Source of the DNA: Tubulanus polymorphus
Taxonomy: Eukaryota; Animalia; Nemertea
Direction: 5' to 3'
Length of the DNA: 64,000 nucleotides
NCBI RefSeq assembly: GCF_964204645.1
Contig: NC_134025.1
Location: 31,042,299-31,106,298 of the forward strand
Part shown: piece by piece, positions 12,604-24,180 of the stretch
Position numbering within the stretch: the stretch's first letter is position 1
Layout: every line of letters begins with the position of its first letter
Translations under genes and position numbers: made by a program
Notes under the pieces: generated by a model
Database searches by the model: none
Seen by the model: only the letters and a program-made list of their open reading frames with translations
What the model was told of the DNA's origin: nothing

Positions 12604-13593
12604 ATGGATTCGACTAGTTTTAAGACGCCTACGTCTCCTCAGAAAAGAGAACTGATGCAAAAACGTCATTATTTCATGTTAAGCGAACTTCAAAATATGG
12701 CCCGAGACCTTCCGAGGTATTAAAGTTAGAAGCGATGATCAAATCTTATCAAATTCGTGACTGTCATGTTTGGGCCTCAGTTGATCCTCACTCAAATTAA
12801 ACCCTTAAGTAACCCACAAACTGTTTTTTACTTCCAGTAAATACCAGCAAAGACTACCGTATGATTTACTGACAGGATTAGCGAGTTCATTACTGGACGA
12901 TACAATCGTCGGAATTGTGGGTAATATGAGAGAAGTTCAACAATTAGAAGAACGTCATTTATTCAACTCTAGAGCGAAAATGATTAATGAATATAAAGGT
13001 ATTGATTCAGAGAGTGATTCCCAGGTTTCAATCCCTGATGTTCAGGTTTACTATCCACCAATGTAATGTGATTAATGTCACTGATTAAGAGACCTTTTAA
13101 ATTTATTTTACAGTAAATAAAGAAGAATTGAAGAAAAAATATAAAGAAGATAAAATTCAATCTCAAAGTAAACCACATAATCTACCGTTGATAGAACAGA
13201 GATTTCAGAAAGACATCGAGGTAAATATATGCAGAATATAAAGCTAAGGTTCGATGCTGTTTGAGCAGGGACAGGTTCCAGGCTCAAGCTGCAGTTTAAT
13301 ATCTTGTTTGCGGGGCAATGGGGCATTTGGGTTATCCTCTATTTTAATTAGTCAGATTGTGAATATTATAATTCATGTTTCAGGTTCTTAAACAGCGTCA
13401 CGAGGAAGAATTAAAGAGAAGAGATATGAAAATTATCCTTGAACTCGATCAGAAAGTGATGGATCAACAGTCTATATTAGAGAAAGCCGGAGTTCCCGGA
13501 TTCTACGTCACTAATAACCCTCAAGATTTACGTTTACAAATGTATTTATTAGACTTTATTACAAGAATCAGTAACATGGAGATTCCAACCTAA
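12604..13593 (+). CDS. DGCR6: DGCR6 / gonadal (gdl) family protein, 196 aa
   Basis: Exons 12604-12716, 12838-12998, 13114-13220, 13384-13593 (591 nt). Family motifs [37 protein letters not shown] and [39 protein letters not shown] are present. Confidence 0.93.
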
Positions 13594-13599
13594 ATCAGA

Positions 13600-13605
13600 C
13601 AGCGG

Positions 13606-13639
<34 letters not shown>

Positions 13640-13671
13640 TACAACTGCACCTATAGCAGCAGCACCAGCAG
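13600..13671 (+). repeat. Imperfect (CAG)n microsatellite in the DGCR6 3' UTR
   Basis: GCAGCAGCAG runs immediately after the stop codon; AATAAA follows at ~13712. Confidence 0.8.
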
Positions 13672-13948
13672 TGTCTACTCACTAACTAGTCATTGATTAT
13701 ATATATTTCTACAATAAATGCATTTTTCACTAATTAATTACATCAGTTTTATTTATAGACAATTTGTTTCTTGAATTCAATTATTTTGAGAGATTCACTT
13801 TGATGAGAGTTTAACCCTCTCATTCTAAGTCAAAATGACAGCAACACATTGGATATTTAAACAGGTTGACTGAATTTTTCTGAGACGACCACAGAGTTTC
13901 TGAGTTGACTATTACCGGTATGAGTTTGCCGTACGAGAGACACACACA

Positions 13949-16900
13949 CTATAGATACGATTGATCTAATTTCATTTTAAGGGAAGTATTCGATTGTTTA
14001 ATACTGGGTAAAATCACATCGGAAATATTCGATCTGAAAATAAAGAAAATCTGGTATAAAAATAAACTACTAAAAACAGACAATATTCAGAGAGACACGG
14101 CGTACTTACTGTAGAGCTATGAACTGTGCTAACTGATTGTGATGTCTAGAAACTTCCTCTGATAATCTATGTATTTTCTCTGCATTAATTTCCAAATTTT
14201 CTACAACAACAGATAATTGGGATGACATTAAAAGAGAGGAATATGGAGGTAAAGATTTAGAGGTAGTGAATTACAACAAACCTTCACGTATCTTATTGAT
14301 AACACTCGATAGAGCCATATTGAATAATCTCAAAACACTGAAAACAATCAAACATAAACCGTAATAATCATGATATCTATTGATTACGATTATTTGACCA
14401 CTGATTGTTAACTACGAACCTAATTATATTCACTTTTCCCTCAGTGTAAGTATTGGCTTTTCCTCTCTACGGTGTATTGAAAAAAAAAAACAGTGAAATA
14501 TGAAACATTTATACAGGAACATTGAGACCTGCAGATTAAGGTATCACCCTGCCACGAGACCTGCGGGCTGCAGATTGAGGTATCATCCTGCCACTAGACA
14601 TGCAGACTGAGGTATCATCCTGCCACGAGACCTGCAGATTGAGGTATCATCCTGCCACGAGACCTGCAGATTTAGGTATCATCCTGCCACTAGACCTGCA
14701 GACTGAGGTATCATCCTGCCACTAGACCTGCAGAATGAGGTATCATCCTGACATGAGACCGGCAGATTGAGGTATCATCCTGCCACTAGACCTGCAGAAT
14801 GAGGTATCATCCTGCCACTAGACCTGCAGACTGAGGTATCATCCTGCCACTAGACCTGCAGACTGAGGTATCATCCTGCCACGAGATCTGCGGGCTGCAG
14901 ATTGAGGTATCATCCTGCCACGAGACCTGCAGAATGATTGATTCCTGCTCTGCGAAACATTTCAACAAAATATCACTTACGAGGTGCATCTCATTTTGGA
15001 ATTTTTCCAGTAATCTGTTTGGCACACGTAATGATAAATCTGCAGCTGATATTTGATATCGTTCCATTCCTCCTTGTAATACTGATTGTATTACTGATCT
15101 CTCCTGTTTTATATCAGTAATCACTTTATTCAACTCATTCCACTGTTTTCTAACCTGTAAATACAATAACACTGTTTATTACCAGTTCAAACAATAAAGG
15201 GGCCAGTTTCACAGTCATGGCTTAGATTTACAGTCAACCCCCGATATACTGCCCTCTCATTTACCGCCACCCCCGCCTACCGCCAGGTTTTCTCGATGTA
15301 CATCTCAATACAAATTCACCCCCCCCCCTGATATACTGCCATACTCTCTATACCACCAAAATAATTCTGCACCGATGGTTTATCGGGCTGACAGTATAAC
15401 CAATCTAAAACCAACTTAGTTCTATAGCCAATCTAACTTCTGACTAGTCTTTCAATTTAAGACGACTTTTAGACTAAAGTCAATTGAGCCCTGTCAATAC
15501 ATTATTGTAATGTTGTGATGATCATGATGCTGATGAGTTACGCTTAAATCAAACACAATTAAACTTACTTTATTCAATAAAACTTCACTGTGTCGTGATT
15601 TTTGATCAGATAGTTTTTGTTCGGGTGGAATCTTCACAAATCTAGATTCTAACCATCTATAATAAATAACAAGTAGCAATTAGTTTGTATAAATTGAAAT
15701 TTAAAAGCGGGTTCAAGTTTTACTTAATCCAAATTTAGGTGTGAAGGACCTTACACCAAGAAACTTTCCCACCACCAGGTTTCAAACCCATGAACCCAGG
15801 ATTGATGAAAGACCAGTGAAAGACTGACTGACTGCTACCACCAGGATTCAAACACATGAACTCAGGATTGATGAGAGACCAGTGAAAGACTGACTGACTG
15901 CTACCACCAGGATTCAAACCTATGAACTCTGGATTGATAAGAGACCAGTGAAAGACTGACTGACTGCTACCACCAGGATTCAAACACATGAACCCAGGAT
16001 TGATGAGAGACCAGTGAAAGACTGACTGACTGCTACCACCAGGATTCAAACCTATGAACCCTGGATTGATGAGAGACCAGTGAAAGACTGACTGACTGCT
16101 ACCTGCTACTACCAGGATTCAAACCCATGTACCCTGGATTGATGAGAGACTTGGGAAAGACTGATTGACTGTTAGGCTACCACCAGGATTCAAATACGTG
16201 GACCCTTGATTGATGAGAGACCAGTGAAAGACCTAGATCCACTCATAAAATTGATAATTCAGACAAGTTTTATGAATGTATTTTCACCTGGCAAATTGAG
16301 CTTGTTGTTCTGTTTCGATGATAGAACGTTGCAAAGTCTCAAAATATTTCTGTCTCTCAACGATCATCGCTGACATTAAAGTTTTAGCTTGAACTTCTTT
16401 GAGATTGAATTGAGTATCATTTAGATTAGGACTCAGTGTTCCACCTTTATCACCTACAACAAACAAAACAATTACATCTTCACAAAGAATCCGCGATAAA
16501 TCATTCAATGAATCGTTAAACTCTGTACCTAATTCTTTTTTCATGACTATTTTTAAAACGTATCTGGAGAAATTCGCCAATAATTGATCACATCTCTGAC
16601 CACCGGGAGATAGGAATAACGACTGAGCTATCGTCGGTAAATTCGAATCGGGTTCACTCTGAAAATAGATTCGAATTATAGAACACTCGGCGCTATTCTT
16701 CAACAAACTTCTCGTTTTCATATTGTTCTTACAGCTATCTGTGTCAGCCAAGCTACGCAAACTTTACGAAATTCCATTTCACGTTTTTTGTCACCAATCG
16801 GCCAACAATCCCTAAAAAATCAATAATACTTGAAACAACTTCCGGTAACTTGTCGCCCATCAGCGAGGGGCGATCACGCTTAGCCCGTGGGGTACGGGAA

Positions 16901-17439
16901 TCACACTGAGCCTGTGGGGCGCGGGGATCACACTTGGCCCATGGGGCGTGGGGAACACACTCAGCCTGTGGGGCACGGGGATCACGCTCAGTCTATGGGG
17001 TGCGGGAATCACGCTCAGCCCGTGGGGCACCATGAAGATTTTACCTGAATTCTTGGTTTGATCTGATTGGATCAAGTTTATCGAGTAAGTATTTAATGAC
17101 GATCTCAAAAGCAGCTCGATTCGGAACTTTGAACATATCCCTGAAAAACATGAAACAATAAAATTTAAATTCATCTGATAAATTAGGAAACAATTCAGAC
17201 CCATGGATGGACCCAGTTTCACATAGTCACAATCGTGACTTCAGTCCAAAAGTGGTGATCTCAAGATAGATAGATAGATAAATAGAAGAGAGAAACTTGG
17301 AAGTGTGATTCTGAAATGAAATCGCTTACTGATGGAAATGAATCCTTGTTTGTGCCTCATTTATTTCAGGGTTGAATCCTAACAACAATAAATTAGTGAA
17401 GAATATTTTGCGAGTATTTGCCACTTCAGAAAGATCCAT
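13949..17439 (-). CDS. HAUS6: HAUS augmin-like complex subunit 6 (HAUS6/Dgt6), ~373 aa
   Basis: Minus-strand exons 17439-17330, 17140-17045, 16811-16733, 16658-16529, 16453-16288, 15656-15569, 15154-14981, 14466-14420, 14337-14282, 14200-14110, 14033-13949 (1122 nt, in frame). Motifs FTNLLLLGF, MFKVPNRAAF, DCWPIGDKK.E.EFRK.C..WL, SLFLSPGG and YTEGKVNII match the HAUS6 N-terminal domain. The last exons are less certain. Confidence 0.85.
14525..14932. repeat. 32-bp minisatellite (~12 copies) in a HAUS6 intron
   Basis: Unit CTGCAGACTGAGGTATCATCCTGCCACTAGAC. Confidence 0.93.
15199..15492. mobile_element. MITE-like family B copy interrupted by a second short element (~15231-15394)
   Basis: The outer parts match 22441-22580 and 52014-52152 (GGGGCCAGTT..AGTCATGGCTTAGA...TAGTTCTATAGCCAATCTAAC...). 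The inner piece is bounded by TA-CAGTCAACCCCCGATA ... TATCGGGCTGACAG-TA. Confidence 0.55.
15770..16232. repeat. 66-bp minisatellite (~7 copies) in a HAUS6 intron
   Basis: Unit CCACCAGGATTCAAACACATGAACCCAGGATTGATGAGAGACCAGTGAAAGACTGACTGACTGCTA; gives the 22-aa-periodic ORF 15735-16049. Confidence 0.93.
16866..17030. repeat. GC-rich 27-bp minisatellite (~6 copies) in HAUS6 intron 2
   Basis: Unit approximately GGGGATCACGCTCAGCCTGTGGGGCAC; the spurious ORF has a 9-aa period. Confidence 0.85.
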
Positions 17440-17444
17440 CTTCT

Positions 17445-17780
17445 GTCTTCTTTTCACTCAGTTCCTTCTTTTAAAACTTTAAATAGTTCCCGGGTAGTAG
17501 GGTTTCCCATTGACGTCATTAGTTGGGGGATTCCTTGACGCCGGTGGAGTGACTCGTATAAAGTGGCCTGAGGTAGGCTGTGGTGCCTGTGGTCAGATTA
17601 CTCGAGTGATCGCGTCGTGCGGAGATTCCGTCTTCGTGACGTCATTACGGGAAATCCCTCCAACCTGTGGCGCAGTGCAGTGTGTCTGAGATTATTATGC
17701 TACCATATTTCACGCTCTATGACCGGCGTTGAGTGAGTGGTCATCAGACGTGAGTGGTCATCAACAGATTGAAGGTAATT
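17445..17780. promoter_or_regulatory. Probable bidirectional promoter for HAUS6 (-) and REV3L (+), with a non-coding first REV3L exon
   Basis: CpG-richer island just upstream of the HAUS6 ATG. It contains TGACGTCA at 17511 and 17637, kB-like GGGTTTCCC/GGGGGATTCC/GGGAAATCCC, TATAAA at 17557, and a + strand donor AAG|GTAATT near 17775. The REV3L ATG exon starts with an acceptor (25220), so an upstream UTR exon is expected. Confidence 0.5.
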
Positions 17781-18442
17781 TAATCGAATTGAGACATTTC
17801 AATAGACATGACACTCAGTCATCTCTCTCCAAACGTCCCGCCCGGTCACGCACTTGTTGATTTTTTACTACCGTATTGTTTTTCTAGTCTCACACAATGG
17901 CTAATAAATATAGCTGCAGCATCCACGCGGAGGGGGATGTTAAGAGGCTTTTGGGCTGTCAAATTGTATTTATGTTTTTCAGATCAGATTTAGAATTGCA
18001 TAATATTGCAATTGATATGTCTACTCTATTGAAACACATTCTTTTGTTTTACGATCAATGGGCAATGGCTGTATATCATTATCATGACTGAATTGCAGCA
18101 CCCATAGGGCAGGGGGGGGGGGGGCGGCGATGGAAGATGGAGAGCTAGGAAGTTGGGTGACTTCCACATATATGATTATTGCAGAAATTTGGGACAGAAG
18201 AAGTAGTATTTATAGTTTGATTGTCTTCAAATTGAAACATGTTACATTGTAGAAGGCTTCATCTCCTGCATCCCCTATTTCTGATGCATTTCATGGCTCA
18301 TTTCACAGACAAGGGACTACAAGGGACAGCTCCTTGGGCCAGTTTTTCCACTGAGAGTTTCTAAGCAAAACTAGGACAATAACTAACCCTAACATATATA
18401 GCTAAAAAATTTAGCTTTCTCAAAGCCCCCTAGTAGCTCTCT

Positions 18443-18506
18443 GCTGGATTTAAACCTGAAACTCTTACATACCAGCCCTCTGTCCTAACCAATAGACCAC
18501 TGAGCT
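18443..18506 (-). mobile_element. Degenerate tRNA-derived SINE head
   Basis: The minus strand reads AGCTCAGTGGTCTATTGGTTAGGAC...GGTTTAAATCCAG, with A-box-like and B-box-like motifs. Confidence 0.35.
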
Positions 18507-18899
18507 GTAGTGATAGTTGAAGTTTTTGTATTTTCTGGTCAGGTGTAGCAATTACTCATGAACAAGTGCATGAACTTTATTGAGCTCCAAGATTTTGACA
18601 ATAAAAACATTTGATTAAAAATCAATAAAGTACGTACAGGTGTGAATCATACAATGTGGAAATGATAGGATGAAATAAAAGAAAGAACAAAATGCAATCA
18701 AAGGGGATGAGAGCGCAGTGGTCTAGATGTAACACACTCTGTGGGCTCCATCATGAGAAAACTGGCAACGGAGGCTAAAAACTAGTATCCTAGCATACAG
18801 CGTTGGCAGGTGAACAGCGGAGCCCCCCAGTAGCGGCCCCCGGTCATAACTAACTAACCGCTGGGTGATCATCAACTCGGTTAATCCTAGTAATCTATC

Positions 18900-19205
18900 T
18901 TAAACCCACACAACTGTGGAACTGGATCTAGAGTCAAATTAATCCCGCACAATTGTGGAACTGGATCTAGAGTCAAATTAATCCCGCAACTGTGGAACTG
19001 GATTCAGAGTCAGATAAAACCCACACAACTGTGGAACTGGATCTAGAGTCAAATTAAACCCACACAACTGTGGAACTGGATTCAGAGTCAGATTAAACCC
19101 ACACAACTGTGGAACTGGATCTAGAGTCAAATTAATCCCGAACAACTGTGGAACTGGATTCAGAGTCAAATTAATCCCACACAACTGTGGAACTGGTTTC
19201 CACAA
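18900..19205 (-). repeat. 39-bp minisatellite (~7.5 copies) built from the MITE family A terminus
   Basis: Unit CACACAACTGTGGAACTGGATCTAGAGTCAAATTAAACC; near reverse complement of the array at 35391-35675. Confidence 0.92.
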
Positions 19206-19302
19206 TGTTTAACTGGGTTTTTCTTGGTCTAGAGCCAAATGAGATGCTGGGTTTTACAAGGTTTTATAATGTTTCGCTAGTTTTCCCAGAGGGTCGCTGA
19301 GA

Positions 19303-19527
19303 TTGTGAGGTATAACTGGGTATTACTGGGTTTTTGAGGTATTACTGGGTTTTGTGGGGTATTACTGGGTTTTGTGAGGTATTACTGGGTTTTGTGAGGT
19401 ATTGCTGGGTTTTGTGAGGTATTACTGGGTTTTGTGAGGTATTACTGGGTTTTGTGGGGTATTACTGGGTTTTGTGAGGTATTACTGGGTTTTGTGGGGT
19501 ATTACTGGGTTTTGAGGTATTACTGGT
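19303..19527. repeat. 20-bp minisatellite (~11 copies)
   Basis: Unit GGGTTTTGTGAGGTATTACT. Confidence 0.95.
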
Positions 19528-20440
19528 TGTTACCTGATTTAAGTCAATTGTATGAATGTATCATAAAGTGATGTTCAACGCCATCTGTTGAATTATTGAT
19601 CTTCTGCTACGACAGTTTAAATACTGTGCATTACTACATTTAACAATCACATCATTTTCTCTCAGAAATAACCAGTTAATCCGCGCTATTATTCATTGTT
19701 GATTATCCCCGGATTAACGTTAAAACACCGTACAACGATAGGATTTATAATTTTAAAACAATAATATCAGGATTTAAAGCGTATTTCAGGTAATTCAGAT
19801 TATGTTGTAACTGTTTCATCTGAAATCATTTTGTTCGTTGAAGTTTTGAAAAGTTTTTGTAGATGTTTTTTGACCGGAAACAATGAAATATTCATGATGA
19901 AAATGTGAATAATTTGATTATGAGTTGAATTTGAGGAAGATATTTATTATTCTTGGTTTTTACTGATCGTTTAAATGATCAAGGCTTCGTTGTTTTGTAT
20001 ATGGAATATTTGATATTTGCGATGACGCCATTAAATGAAACCCAGGCCCGAGGCCGTTCATTGTATCTCATCATTCATTGGACGATCGGTTTAAACCAAT
20101 GAATCGTCAGAATTCTTTAGCTTTCAGAAATACAAACTTATTCCAGAAATTGTGTCTTATTGTATTCATTCTTGATGCGCATAAATCAGTATTTCTATTT
20201 TAAGCTGTCAAGAAATCAAAATACGATTTAGTAAATATCATGATTAGATTATTAGATAATCAGTAATCATTTGATAAAACTGAATTTGCTAATTTTACCC
20301 TCATAGAAAAGGCTACTGGTTTTGTAAAGTGATATTAATGTCAATCAGTTGTAGTTTTTGCATAACACCTTTTTTAAGTGATAATACATTATCATGACAC
20401 GTTGTTTCAGAAGGCAGATCAGGGTTGTATAATCAAGTTT

Positions 20441-20933
20441 TAGACCAGTCTAAGCTCATTTTAGAGCCAATCCAACAACTTAAGACCAGTCTAAACTCAT
20501 TTTGGTTCTATAACCAATCTAACAACTTAAGACCAGTCTAAACTCATTTGAGTTCTATAACCAATCTAACAACTTGAGACCAGTCTAAGCTCATTTTAGT
20601 TCTTTAACCATTCTAACAACTTGAGACCAGTCTAAGCTCATTTTAGTTCTATAACCAATCTAACAACTTAAAACCAGTCTAAGCTCATTCTGGTTCTATA
20701 ACCAATCTAACAACTTAAAACCAGTCTGAACTCATTCTGGTTCTATAACCAATCTAACAACTTAAGACAAGTCTAAGCTCATTTTAGTTCTATAACCAAT
20801 CTAACAACTTAAGACAAGTCTAAGCTCATTTTAGTTCTATAACCAATCTAACAACTTCAGACAAGTCTAAGCTTATTTTAGTTCTATAACCAATCTAACA
20901 ACTTCAGACAAGTCTAAGCTCATTTTAGTTCTA
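20441..20933. repeat. 47-bp minisatellite (~10.5 copies) derived from the interior of MITE family B
   Basis: Unit AAGACCAGTCTAAGCTCATTTTAGTTCTATAACCAATCTAACAACTT; the same segment is single-copy inside 22441-22580 and 52014-52152. Confidence 0.92.
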
Positions 20934-21531
20934 TATATAGCTTTTAATATTAAGTCATAATTATACAACGTGTCGCTTGTCGACTTTTTATAGTACATTT
21001 TTGAAATGTCCTTTTATTCAAAACAGTTGTTTTATATAGTTGTTGATATATTCAAAAACGGCGCCCGGTTTTCTATGAGACGATGATAGTCCACGTAACC
21101 ATGGTAACTAAATGGGTGGATCATATATTTTTTGTGCCCGCGGCATTTTATGAAACACTTATATAATACATACATGTATACATACAGACATACACACAGC
21201 CGTACAGCTGTATATATCAGTGCTGCGTGTATGTTTTGGTTTCTGTCTGTTTTGAGATGATGTTTTTTTTTATCTCGCATATTTGCGTTTTATGAAATGA
21301 GTTGAAAATGATTTCTCTTTTTATTGACGCGTGCGACACATAGTCCTAATAATTAATGAATGAAAATGTGCGGTTGTCATAGAAACTCGTTATTTGAATA
21401 CAAACAGATAGAATAGAAGATGATTAATCTATTAACAAAGTACGAGATATAATTATTATGTCAGATATTGAACTAAACTAAACATTTTTTACCAGAAATC
21501 TTATAACCAGGGTTCAGTTTCACAATTCCGA

Positions 21532-21611
21532 GAACTGTAGACCTGGGTTCTGAACAGTAGACCTGGGTTCTGAACAGTAGACCTGGGTTCTGAACAGTAG
21601 ACCTGGGTTCT
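21532..21611. repeat. 20-bp tandem repeat (~4 copies)
   Basis: Unit GAACAGTAGACCTGGGTTCT. Confidence 0.9.
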
Positions 21612-22440
21612 TGAAGTTATGAAAAATTGTCATCCTTATGATGCATGTCATATAAAAAATTTTCACAACAAACAAACAGTAAATTATCCTTTACAATTTC
21701 TCCTTTTGATTCGAGATTTATATCACATGATACATCCTAGCATTACATGATATATCCTAGCATTTAGTGTTGTTACAGACTGATATCTGAAATAACAAAC
21801 CTTGATTTTAGAATCAATTTCGTTTTTTGATATTTTTCAGAATGATTACATTTCTCACAAATATGCGGCAACAATCGATCAGTGATTTTATAGTTTAACA
21901 TGAATTGAGATTGAGTTAAAGTAAGGTAAGTAACCCCTGAAATTAAACAATTAATTCTAACTACCTCAAATCTTCCTAAACGTTTTGAGAAATTACGCTT
22001 AAAATCCTTAGATTTTGAAAAAGTCCCGAAAAAATGTATAAAAGTCAATTTTTTATGACAATCCGGAAAACTAGATAACCTTGAAATAGGCATAAAAATG
22101 ATGATATGGTATGTGTGTAATGATTGATAGTGACGGAGTGACAGTGAAATGACGGGCACTCACCGGGTGTCAAACTCTGTAAGTAGAATGCAAGTGTGCT
22201 AACCGGTAACCGGTAGACCAATAGTCCACTTGGCCTGCGGTTATACAGCTCATCACATAGGTGCAACATGTGTCCGTGATGATGGTTCCCAGCCAAAATA
22301 AATCTATAAGCTAAATTGGTATTATCATGATGTAAAAGATATTTTAGATATTTTCCCATTTAAATGTTTGAATTCTGAAACAGCCAAATTCTTTAATGTC
22401 TGGGAATAATATTAATCGTAATGAAATACTTTTAGTACCA

Positions 22441-22580
22441 GGGGCCCAGTTGCATAGTCATTGCTTAGACTTAAGACCAATTTAAGATCATTTTAGTTCT
22501 ATAGTCAATCTAACAACAAGACCAGTCTTAAGATTTAAAGCCATTTTTGGACTTAAGTCTCAACTGAGGAACCGGCCCCC
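22441..22580. mobile_element. MITE-like family B element
   Basis: GGGGCCCAGTTGCATAGTC ... CAACTGAGGAACCGGCCCC inverted termini; a closely similar copy lies at 52014-52152. Confidence 0.65.
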
Positions 22581-22811
22581 TGTTGTCGTTGAGTAGATGA
22601 TGGTGAGATTCAATTCAACATATGGTAAAACGACTTAATACCGGTAATACACTGTATTACACTGTATTATACTGTACAAGTGACAACAGTATAAAACACC
22701 TGTTCATACATTGTAGGTACATATATATCTCATGACACTCTGACAAATACCAGAACTGATGAAAATGTATAATGTGCTCAATGTTTTCATATCTACTGAA
22801 ATTACCACAAC

Positions 22812-23195
22812 ACCTCCCTCGGCAGGGATTCATTCTCACCTCCCTCGGCAGGGATTCATTCTCTCCTCCCTCGGCAGGGATTCATTCTCACCTCCCTCGG
22901 CAGGGATTCATTCTCTCCTCCCTCGGCAAGGATTCATTCTCACCTCCCTCGGCAGGGATTCATTCTCTCCTCCCTCGGCAAGGATTCATTCTCACCTCCC
23001 TCGGCAGGGATTCATTCTCTCCTCCCTTGGCAGGGATTCATTCTCACCTCCCTCGGCAGGGATTCATTCTCACCTCCCTCGGCAGGGATTCATTCTCACC
23101 TCCCTCGGCAGGGATTCATTCTCTCCTCCCTCGGCAGGGATTCATTCTCTCCTCTCTCGGCAGGGATTCATTCTCTCCTCTCTTGGCAGGGATTC
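22812..23195. repeat. 26-bp minisatellite (~14.5 copies) grown from the 3' end of a minus-strand tRNA-like element
   Basis: Unit CCTCCCTCGGCAGGGATTCATTCTCA; it runs into GGCAGGGATTCGAACC, the reverse complement of a B box. Confidence 0.93.
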
Positions 23196-23263
23196 GAACC
23201 TGATGGCATCGCTACACTACTCAGCCACGGCACGAACCCCTGGCACAGTAGACCGGGTGCGCA
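23186..23263 (-). mobile_element. tRNA-like / SINE-like element (left arm of an inverted pair)
   Basis: The minus strand reads CTGCGCACCCGGTCTACTGTGCCAGGGGTTCGTGCCGTGGCTGAGTAGTGTAGCGATGCCATCAGGTTCGAATCCCTGCC, with A-box-like GTGGCTGAGTAG and B box GGTTCGAATCC. Confidence 0.5.
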
Positions 23264-23419
23264 GGTTTACCGCATGAGAACTTGAGGCACCAATCAGATT
23301 GCTCATTGTATAATCGCTGAGGTAAATTTCACGGAAGAACTATAAATGGGAAAACCCGGGCTAAAATAAAACGGGATATCTGATTGGCTGATCATGAGAT
23401 CATCTGGGCCGCACGTGTA

Positions 23420-24180
23420 GCTGCGCACCCGGTCCTAGTGTGGCAGGGTTCCGTGCTGTGGTTCAGTCTAAGCTGCGCGTCCGGTCCTAGTTGGGCAGGG
23501 TTCCGTGCTGTGGTTCAGTCTAAGCTGCGCGCCCGGTCCTAGTGTGGCAGGGTTCGGTGCTGTGGTTCAGTCTAAGCTGCGCGCCCGGTCCTAGTGTGGC
23601 AGGGTTCCGTGTTGTGGTTCAGTCTAAGCTGCGCGCCCGGTCCTAGTGTGGCAGGGTTCCGTGCTGTGGTTCAGTCTAAGCTGCGCGCCCGGTCCTAGTG
23701 TGGCAGGGTTCCGTGCTGTGGTTCAGTCTAAGCTGCGCGTCCGGTCCTAGTGTGGCAGGGTTCCGTGCTGTGGTTCAGTCTAAGCTGCGCGCCCGGTCCT
23801 AGTGTGGCAGGGTTCCGTGTTGTGGTTCAGTCTAAGCTGCGCGCCCGGTCCTAGTGTGGCAGGGTTCGGTGCTGTGGTTCAGTCTAAGCTGCGCGCCCGG
23901 TCCTAGTGTGGCAGGGTTCCGTGTTGTGGTTCAGTCTAAGCTGCGCGCCCGGTCCTAGTGTGGCAGGGTTCCCTGCTGTGGTTCAGTCAAAGCTGCGCGC
24001 CCGGTCCTAGTGTGGCAGGGTTCCGTGCTGGGGTTCAGTCTAAGCTGCGCGTCCGGTCCTAGTGTGGCAGGGTTCCGTGCTGTGGTTCAGTCTAAGCTGC
24101 GCACCCGGTCCTAGAGTGGCAGGGTTCGGTGCTGTGGTTCAGTCTAGCGATGCCATCAGGTTCTAATCCCTGCCGAGGGA
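23420..24180 (+). repeat. 52-bp GC-rich minisatellite (14 copies) ending in the 3' half of the tRNA-like element (right arm)
   Basis: Unit GCTGCGCGCCCGGTCCTAGTGTGGCAGGGTTCCGTGCTGTGGTTCAGTCTAA; the last copy continues TAGCGATGCCATCAGGTTCTAATCCCTGCCGAGGGA. Confidence 0.93.

Noticed and set aside
22045-22359. 104-aa minus-strand ORF with a GTGAGT donor near 22157 and a TCATCAC/GTGATGA hairpin (possible antisense exon, snoRNA or pre-miRNA)
   Set aside because: No recognisable protein family, a short stem, and no complete C/D box pair.
22812-24147. Regular repeat arrays here and elsewhere as CRISPR arrays
   Set aside because: The units are contiguous with no unique spacers, there are no cas genes, and the context is a spliced animal genome.
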